From Halalkalibacterium halodurans (GTDB taxonomy: Bacteria > Bacillota > Bacilli > Bacillales > Bacillaceae_D), in the NCBI RefSeq assembly GCF_004376175.1, contig NZ_SNUY01000066.1:1-20867 (forward strand): 20,867 nt of DNA. Direction: 5' to 3'. This document shows, one piece after another, positions 16,145 to 20,867 of the stretch. The notes under the pieces are model-generated. The model saw nothing but the letters and a program-made list of their open reading frames with translations. It made no database searches and was not told the origin of the DNA. Position numbers and translations under genes: made by a program. Position 1 is the first letter of the stretch. Every line of letters begins with the position of its first letter.

Positions 16145-16263
16145 TGGTGCGGAAAATTAATTTCCGAGTAGCTATTCAAACAACATGGAGGGGTTTTATT
16201 ACCTGTCATCCGCGTCATCGAGTGGGAGGAAATTGAACCTCCCGCAAACCCATACGTCTATCC

Positions 16264-17292
16264 TTAACCAAAGGCGATTCGATCATGGTTTGGTTGTAGG
16301 CACTCATGAAGGAGACGACTAAGTGCGTCACGATCTAGCTCAAAACCAATAAACAATAACTCTGTTTGAACGTCACGGTTCTCCATTAGATCTGTGGTCG
16401 TTGTGTCAACTTGAATATGGGCACCTACTTGAGAAATGGAGTGAAGCTCACCTGTTTGCGGGTTATAGCAACGCCCCTTCATGCGAAAAATGTCGTTCGG
16501 AAGATGCTCGAAAAATCGCTCCAACTGGTGAATGCCAACAGGCTGTGAGCTTTGATAGAAAAACGTATCAACCCCGTAGTTGTGGATCACTTTTACATGT
16601 TGTCGTGAAGCGACAAGGTTCCGCTGTTCCACATAAAGAGACGCATAGCCGTTCTTGTCAAAGGTTGTATGCCCCTTTTGGCAACGTTGAATGGCTTCGT
16701 GCAAATCACATAGCAACGCTCGTGGCTGGAGCACGCGTAAAAAGGCTGTAAGTTCACCGAGGCGCTCAGAGGAAAGCCCATACTGGTGATAAAGACAAAG
16801 GGTGTCCGCTAACTCTAGCTGAAGGATGAGCGCTTCCCCTAACGTTTGAGTGAAATCTTGGTCAGCGGTGATAATCTCGTGTTCTGAGAAGTAAGAAAAC
16901 CAAAACGCTTTAGCATCCAATACATGAATATGGGATGCAATGAACCAGTGATGATCTGAAGTGAATTGCTCTAAAAGGCTGTCGATGGATGAGAAAGGAG
17001 AAACATCTAAAAGAATCTCATCTGTGCTACGGTTTTGGTGCTCTTTAGCTAATAACGACATCAAATCAGCTTCGGTTGTCGCTTCCACATGATGGATCGC
17101 CTCGCCAATAAAGCTCGTGACCGGAAAAGGATCCTCACCATTTAATGTAAGCTTCATAGCTTTGGGGTGAAAGCGAATGATCTTTACGTGGTTTTGTCGG
17201 TTTTCTTGATAGCTTTTCATCAACTCTCTCTTCCCGTTTTCCGAGAAGCCTGAGATCACTGTGAGTGGCTTTTGTCTATTCAACCTCGACAC
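16264..17292 (-). CDS. Degenerate COG0523/CobW-family paralogue (predicted GTPase-dead, lacking the CxCC motif)
   Basis: 342 aa from GTG 17292. An alternative TTG at 17283 has better spacing from AAGGGG. The N-terminus aligns to the COG0523 P-loop region but reads LTVISGFSENGKRELM instead of GxxGSGKTTLL. No CxCC is present: the equivalent region is IGEAIHHVE. Switch II IESTG is replaced by LLDVSP, and NKxD by LYHQYG. The CobW_C domain is preserved: VDTFFYQSSQPVGIHQLERFFEHLPNDIFRMKGRCYNP...ELLFIGFELD. It starts 15 nt after the rpsN2 stop with no intervening terminator. Confidence 0.8.
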   Translation of the reverse strand: MSRLNRQKPLTVISGFSENGKRELMKSYQENRQNHVKIIRFHPKAMKLTLNGEDPFPVTSFIGEAIHHVEATTEADLMSLLAKEHQNRSTDEILLDVSPFSSIDSLLEQFTSDHHWFIASHIHVLDAKAFWFSYFSEHEIITADQDFTQTLGEALILQLELADTLCLYHQYGLSSERLGELTAFLRVLQPRALLCDLHEAIQRCQKGHTTFDKNGYASLYVEQRNLVASRQHVKVIHNYGVDTFFYQSSQPVGIHQLERFFEHLPNDIFRMKGRCYNPQTGELHSISQVGAHIQVDTTTTDLMENRDVQTELLFIGFELDRDALSRLLHECLQPNHDRIAFG

Positions 17293-17307
17293 CCCTTGTC
17301 TAATTCA

Positions 17308-17577
17308 TTACCAGCTTGATTTTTTCACGCCAGGAATTTGCCCTTTATGTGCAAGCTCGCGAAACGCAATCCGTGACAGCTTGAACTTGCGTAAGACGCC
17401 CCGTGGTCTGCCGGTCATTTCGCATCGTCTCGTTAACCGAGTAGGGGAGGAGTCTCGAGGAAGCTTTCGGAGTGCTTCGTAGTCACCTTTTTCTTTTAAC
17501 TCTTTTCTTAATTCTGCATAACGAGCGACGAGCTCCTGACGTTTTTTTTCCTTTGCGACTTTTGATTTCTTCGCCAT
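17308..17577 (-). CDS. rpsN2: 30S ribosomal protein S14, long zinc-independent (C-minus) paralogue
   Basis: The start was trimmed to [13 protein letters not shown]..., with ATG at the complement of 17575-17577 and RBS AAGGTGG. The 89-aa product is nearly colinear with B. subtilis YhzA/RpsN2 as recalled (...[51 protein letters not shown]). It lacks the CxxC...CxxC zinc ribbon of the 61-aa form. Confidence 0.93.
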   Translation of the reverse strand: MAKKSKVAKEKKRQELVARYAELRKELKEKGDYEALRKLPRDSSPTRLTRRCEMTGRPRGVLRKFKLSRIAFRELAHKGQIPGVKKSSW

Positions 17578-17603
17578 AACGTTTACCACCTTTCTTTTGA
17601 AAA

Positions 17604-17618
17604 TCAAAATCATTACGA
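17604..17618 (-). promoter_or_regulatory. Zur box 1 upstream of rpsN2
   Basis: aaaTCAAAATcATTACGAttt matches the Zur consensus at 12 of 14 core positions, with a perfect right arm and flanks. It lies just downstream of a candidate minus-strand promoter, TTACTT-16-TATGAT. Confidence 0.75.
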
Positions 17619-17670
17619 TTTATATCATAGTAGAAATAGCGTCCGAAGTAAAGGGCTGTGACGAAATCAA

Positions 17671-17685
17671 TCGTAATCGTTACGG
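17671..17685 (-). promoter_or_regulatory. Zur box 2 upstream of rpsN2
   Basis: TCGTAATcGTTACGG has a perfect left arm and a right arm matching 5 of 7. It lies 67 bp from box 1. It overlaps a second possible minus-strand promoter, TTGGCT-16-TACGAT. Confidence 0.6.
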
Positions 17686-17761
17686 TTTGTTAGCCAAACT
17701 TAGTTGCTTAAGGCGATAATCACTCAGCGACAACAGAAAAAAGAGCTAATGAATCGAGCGA

Positions 17762-17789
17762 AACCTCTCTGAGATTTCTCAGAGAGGTT
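17762..17789 (-). terminator. Perfect 12-bp hairpin downstream of the isochorismatase-family gene (terminator candidate without a clear U tract)
   Basis: aacctctctgag (17762-17773) pairs with ctcagagaggtt (17778-17789) around the loop attt. Only a short TTT follows on the minus strand. Confidence 0.45.
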
Positions 17790-17813
17790 GAACCATTTAG
17801 AAGAAAGCCTATC

Positions 17814-18371
17814 CTACCGAAATTGATTATGTGTAGGCTCGAACAAAGCTTCGTTCGTATTTCTGACGATTGAAAAGTGGTCTACATTGTAATGGCCGTG
17901 GAGGGCTTCGTTATGATGAAGAATGATTTGTTTAGCAGACAACGTTTTTGAATCAGTAGTAGAATGTCCATCTCCAACTAATGTGACATCAACATGACGG
18001 ACGGTGGCCGTTCTGACGGCAGTATCGATACAATGTTCTGTTTTACAACCCATCATCACAAGGTGTTGGATGTTGTTTTCCGTTAAATATGTGTCTAGTG
18101 GTGTACCGTAAAAACAATTGGTGGCGGATTTATTAAAAATAACCGCTGATGGGGGCACCTTAATGTCTTTGTGAATGTCGAATCCAGGCCCTTCTCCATT
18201 GGCAACATCTACATCTCTTATAAAAACAATAGCGGCGTTTTCAGTATTCGCTTTTTCAATGACCGTATTGATGTTTGCTACGAGACGTTCTTTCTCAAAA
18301 ACGGGTGGAACTTCTTTAGAACCTTCGATTAATTCCTGCTGGGCGTCAATAATGATGAGGGCTTGTTTCAA
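17814..18371 (-). CDS. Isochorismatase-family cysteine hydrolase
   Basis: TTG start with a strong RBS, GGAGGAG, 5 nt upstream. Catalytic triad context: ALIIIDAQ (Asp), FNKSATNCF (Lys), LVMMGCKTEHCIDTAV (Cys). 185 aa. Confidence 0.85.
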   Translation of the reverse strand: MKQALIIIDAQQELIEGSKEVPPVFEKERLVANINTVIEKANTENAAIVFIRDVDVANGEGPGFDIHKDIKVPPSAVIFNKSATNCFYGTPLDTYLTENNIQHLVMMGCKTEHCIDTAVRTATVRHVDVTLVGDGHSTTDSKTLSAKQIILHHNEALHGHYNVDHFSIVRNTNEALFEPTHNQFR

Positions 18372-18475
18372 CTAATCTCCTCCTGAAATTTACTATGATT
18401 CAAGTATACTGCAAATTTTTAGTAAGTGACTAAATTTCTTTTAAGAGAGTAGCGGCGGGTTGTTCCTACCTATTG

Positions 18476-18509
18476 TAAATTTGACAAATTTAGAAACTCC
18501 TTTAGATTT
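18476..18509 (+). promoter_or_regulatory. Candidate promoter of the PepSY gene with an overlapping perfect palindrome
   Basis: TTGACA (18481-18486), a 16-nt spacer, then TAGATT (18503-18508). The -35 is embedded in the perfect inverted repeat TAAATTTG-a-CAAATTTA (18476-18492). Confidence 0.45.
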
Positions 18510-18572
18510 CACGTCCTTTTCACAACTTTTGTTTACACTGACTTCGGAAAACAGAAAGGAGAAGGAGTGGAC

Positions 18573-19958
18573 ATGGTGGGAGCGGCAAACGAGAGGGTGA
18601 AAACAAAGGAGGCCGAGCAGGGAAAGCGAGCGCGATACCGAGTCGTATGGCGGTGGCATTTTTATGCAGGCCTCATATTTTCACCGTTTTTGATCATTTT
18701 TGCGATTAGTGGGGGCGTCTATCTTTTTAAACCACAAATTGAAGCGTCCTTGTACCAAGAGTTGTACTACGTTCAGGAAATAAAGGAAGCTACGTTAACC
18801 CCGTCTGCCTTAGTGGCACGAGCGAAGGAAGCGTTTCCTGAGTCGCCTGTAAGCTCGGTACGATTTTACGACGATCCTCAGCGGACGACGGAGATCAGCA
18901 TGATGAAGGATGGGGAACGGATTTCCGTTTATGTAAATCCTTACAATGGGGAAGTTCAAGGCTCTCTCGTGAACAGTGAAAAGCTAACAGAAATCTTTAA
19001 AAAGATTCATAGTGAATTGTGGGTTGGCGGTACGTTTGCGAACAGGCTTGTCGAGCTTGCAGCCTGTTGGGCGGTGATCTTATTACTTACTGGACTTTAT
19101 ATTTGGTGGCCGAGAAGCAGAACGTCCATTTTGGGGACCATCCTTCCGCGATTCAAGAAAAAAGGACGGGTCTTTTGGCGTGACATGCACGCGGTGCCGG
19201 CGTTCTGGTTATCCTTGTTCATCTTCATTTTAATTGCAACAGGTCTCCCTTGGACAGGAGTAATGGGGGAGCAAATCAATCGTATCGCTACTTCAACGAA
19301 TACGGGGTATCCCCCGTATGCACTTAGTTTTAGGGACAAGCCGGAGTCGACTGTTAAAACAAAAGAAGTGGCAGACGATGTTCCGTGGGCAACTGAACAA
19401 TTAACGGTTCCTACCTCCTCAGGAGGACAAGTCCCGATTTCTCTTGAAGATGTGACGTACCTTGCAGAGACAAGAGAAGTGAACAAACCATATACGATTT
19501 CGATGCCGGAAGGGGACACGGGTGTCTATACGATCGCCAGCTCCCATACGAAACCTGGGGATAATGCTACCATCCATGTGGATCAGTATAGTGGGGCGAT
19601 TTTAAGTGATGTGCGTTTCCATGATTACGGGATGATGGCGAAAGGGATTACGATCGGAATCGCTCTTCACGAAGGACGATTGTTCGGCTTGCCCAATCAA
19701 ATTCTTGGTTTGATCACCTGCCTAGGTTTGATCGGGTTAATTGTTAGCTCGTGGGTGATGTGGAAAAAGCGAAAGCCTCAACGGTCATTAGGGGCACCTA
19801 CTCAAGTGAAGGATCGAAAGGTTTCGCGAACGGTTTTTGTCATCATGATGGTCATGGGAATCATCATGCCTCTCGTCGGGCTCTCAATTATTTTCATTTA
19901 TTTCTTGGATCGCTTTGTTTTATCTAAAATGAAGCGACTGCAAGCGTGGTATTCATAA
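18573..19958 (+). CDS. PepSY-associated TM-helix membrane protein (PiuB-like)
   Basis: ATG 18573 lies after tandem AAGGAG RBSs; the track starts at GTG 18567. The signature is RWHFYAGLIFSPFLIIFAISGGVYLFKPQIE, followed by a periplasmic domain, further TM helices (LAACWAVILLLTGLYIWWP, HAVPAFWLSLFIFILIATGLPW) and a C-terminal TM pair. Confidence 0.8.
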   Translation: MVGAANERVKTKEAEQGKRARYRVVWRWHFYAGLIFSPFLIIFAISGGVYLFKPQIEASLYQELYYVQEIKEATLTPSALVARAKEAFPESPVSSVRFYDDPQRTTEISMMKDGERISVYVNPYNGEVQGSLVNSEKLTEIFKKIHSELWVGGTFANRLVELAACWAVILLLTGLYIWWPRSRTSILGTILPRFKKKGRVFWRDMHAVPAFWLSLFIFILIATGLPWTGVMGEQINRIATSTNTGYPPYALSFRDKPESTVKTKEVADDVPWATEQLTVPTSSGGQVPISLEDVTYLAETREVNKPYTISMPEGDTGVYTIASSHTKPGDNATIHVDQYSGAILSDVRFHDYGMMAKGITIGIALHEGRLFGLPNQILGLITCLGLIGLIVSSWVMWKKRKPQRSLGAPTQVKDRKVSRTVFVIMMVMGIIMPLVGLSIIFIYFLDRFVLSKMKRLQAWYS

Positions 19959-19969
19959 TTGGAGGAGGA

Positions 19970-20278
19970 ATGAATGTGAGACAGGCACGTTTCTATTATA
20001 TTTTCGTCATTTTACTGGTGGTTGTGGCAGGATGTACAGCCAATACCGATCCGGCAGAACTGTCACAAGACAGAATGGAGGTCATTGACGTAGCGTTTGC
20101 GATTTCGGATGAGCTAAAACCAAACACTCTCCATGAGTTGGCGATTCACGTCACACAAGGAGACGAGAATGTGACAGATGCGACAGACATTCAATTTGAA
20201 ATTTGGCAAGGCCACGATCGGGAGCAAGGAGAGCTTATCGAAGCAAGCCATGTGGAAGACGGGATCTATATAAATTGA
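19970..20278 (+). pseudogene. YtkA-like (FixH-fold) lipoprotein gene, apparently 3'-truncated by the IS630 insertion
   Basis: The lipoprotein signal is MNVRQARFYYIFVILLVVVAGC (lipobox VVAG/C). The domain pattern ...LAIHVTQGDENVTDATDIQFEIWQGHDREQGELIEASHVEDGIY matches the first two thirds of the YtkA-like domain. The ORF then stops (..IYIN*) directly at the edge of the IS630-type element. Confidence 0.55.
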
Positions 20279-20348
20279 ATTAAAGGGTTACAATCACTCT
20301 CTGTCGAAGTATAAGCGTAACACTTATCAATGAATGGAGAGAAACCCA

Positions 20349-20867
20349 ATGACTGATTCACGTCAACATGAAATTCAAACCCTGCTTGCATTAATGAAAA
20401 CAACTAAAGATAAACGAATGTATGAACGTTATCAAGCCATCTATTTATATTTACAAGCCTATTCTAAAAAAGAGATTACTACCATGATCGGACGTTCCGA
20501 AAAAACCATCTATAATTATGTGAATGCCTATGAAGAAAAAGGGTTAGATGGTTTAACGATAGGACAATCACCGGGAGCCCCCCGTAAATTAACACCTGAA
20601 CAAGAGCATGAATTAGCTCAAGTTATCGCAACCAAACTTCCAGTTGATGTTGGTTTTCCAGCTAAGCATAATTGGACTCTGAAGATCATTGCTTCGTTTA
20701 TAGAGAAAGAATGGAACAAAAAGTATACTCTTCGTGGTGTCTCACGGCTTTTACACGATTTAGGTCTTAGTTATACGAAACCTACTTATACGCTAGCAAA
20801 AGCTGACCGAGTGAAACAAAAAGAGTTTATGGAAGAGACCTTTCCTACCTATAAAAAAAACTTTTAA
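20349..20867 (+). CDS. IS630-family transposase OrfA (HTH DNA-binding part)
   Basis: ATG 20349 with RBS GGAGAG 7 nt upstream. The HTH region is YSKKEITTMIGRSEKTIYNYVNAYEEKGLDGL, followed by GAPRKLTPEQEHEL and a winged-helix WTLKIIASFIEKEW...TLRGVSRLLHDLGLSYTKP. It ends ...TYKKNF* on an A8 run. Confidence 0.85.
   Translation: MTDSRQHEIQTLLALMKTTKDKRMYERYQAIYLYLQAYSKKEITTMIGRSEKTIYNYVNAYEEKGLDGLTIGQSPGAPRKLTPEQEHELAQVIATKLPVDVGFPAKHNWTLKIIASFIEKEWNKKYTLRGVSRLLHDLGLSYTKPTYTLAKADRVKQKEFMEETFPTYKKNF
20853..20860 (+). other. A8 slippery run at the end of IS630 orfA (candidate programmed frameshift site)
   Basis: tat AAA AAA AAc ttt taa. The A8 run is in frame as K-K-N, 2 codons before the orfA stop. 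The DDE-encoding part must lie beyond the window. Confidence 0.5.

Larger units (their letters stand above)
20279..20867 (+). mobile_element. IS630-family element, left part (left boundary approximate; continues beyond the window)
   Basis: It contains the IS630/Tc1-mariner-type orfA. The left end was not mapped precisely because the right end, and therefore the inverted repeats, lie outside the window. Confidence 0.6.

Noticed and set aside
16224-16243. Hairpin gggagg-n8-cctccc just after the stop of the degenerate COG0523 gene, considered as its terminator
   Set aside because: No U tract follows on either strand. The canonical terminator with T6 lies further downstream at 16114-16144. A neighbouring small hairpin, cggaaa..tttccg (16150-16166), is also unaccompanied by a U tract.
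16185-16322. 45-aa plus-strand ORF (MEGFYYLSSASSSG...) in the 3' UTR of the rpsN2 operon
   Set aside because: It has no RBS, runs antisense into the 3' end of the COG0523 paralogue, and shows no recognisable features.
16401-16751. 116-aa plus-strand ORF
   Set aside because: It is antisense to the degenerate COG0523 gene, whose CobW_C domain fixes the real frame. It has no RBS and no recognisable motif.
18441-18659. 72-aa minus-strand ORF crossing the PepSY promoter and start
   Set aside because: It overlaps the promoter, the RBS and the 5' end of a well-supported gene. It has no RBS of its own.
19097-19519. 140-aa minus-strand ORF
   Set aside because: It is antisense to the PepSY-TM gene and has no start context or motifs.
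1-20867. Search for CRISPR arrays, tRNA/rRNA genes and riboswitch-like leaders
   Set aside because: I saw no regularly spaced direct repeats, no cloverleaf-compatible segments in intergenic regions, and no rRNA-like stretches. The intergenic regions are explained by promoters, operators, terminators and IS ends. A covariance-model scan would be needed to exclude small ncRNAs.

Overview
The window looks like a Bacillaceae-type chromosomal accessory segment, judged by gene content, GGAGG-type ribosome binding sites (RBSs) and frequent TTG/GTG starts. It carries three unrelated insertion-sequence (IS) elements: an rve/DDE transposase 3' fragment at 1-354, an IS1182-like element at about 14.4-16.1 kb, and an IS630-type orfA at the right edge.

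Three modules are visible.

(1) 0.7-7.8 kb holds two large secreted glycoside hydrolases. One is LamG + GH43. The other is a bacterial GH59 (galactocerebrosidase-like) with three extra CBM-like repeats. Each is preceded by a copy of the same ~88-bp regulatory cassette, which contains a cre (CcpA) site.

(2) 8-10 kb holds ordinary GNAT, DinB/DUF1572 and alpha/beta-hydrolase genes.

(3) 10.1-17.7 kb is the most interesting part: a zinc-starvation island under Zur-type (Fur-family 7-1-7) operators. It contains a ZagA/YciC orthologue and a short second COG0523 GTPase. It also contains a COG0701 + TIGR03943 two-component permease with Cys/His clusters. A convergent operon encodes the Cys-less ribosomal protein S14 paralogue followed by a third COG0523 paralogue in which all GTPase and CxCC motifs have decayed. 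The IS1182-like element sits between the two convergent operons.

The right end encodes an isochorismatase-family hydrolase, a PepSY-TM membrane protein, and a YtkA-like lipoprotein gene that appears truncated by the IS630 insertion.

No rRNA, tRNA or CRISPR array was recognised. All family assignments come from reading motifs by eye and from memory of reference sequences; no database search was run. IS boundaries, the GH43 subfamily and promoter assignments are uncertain.
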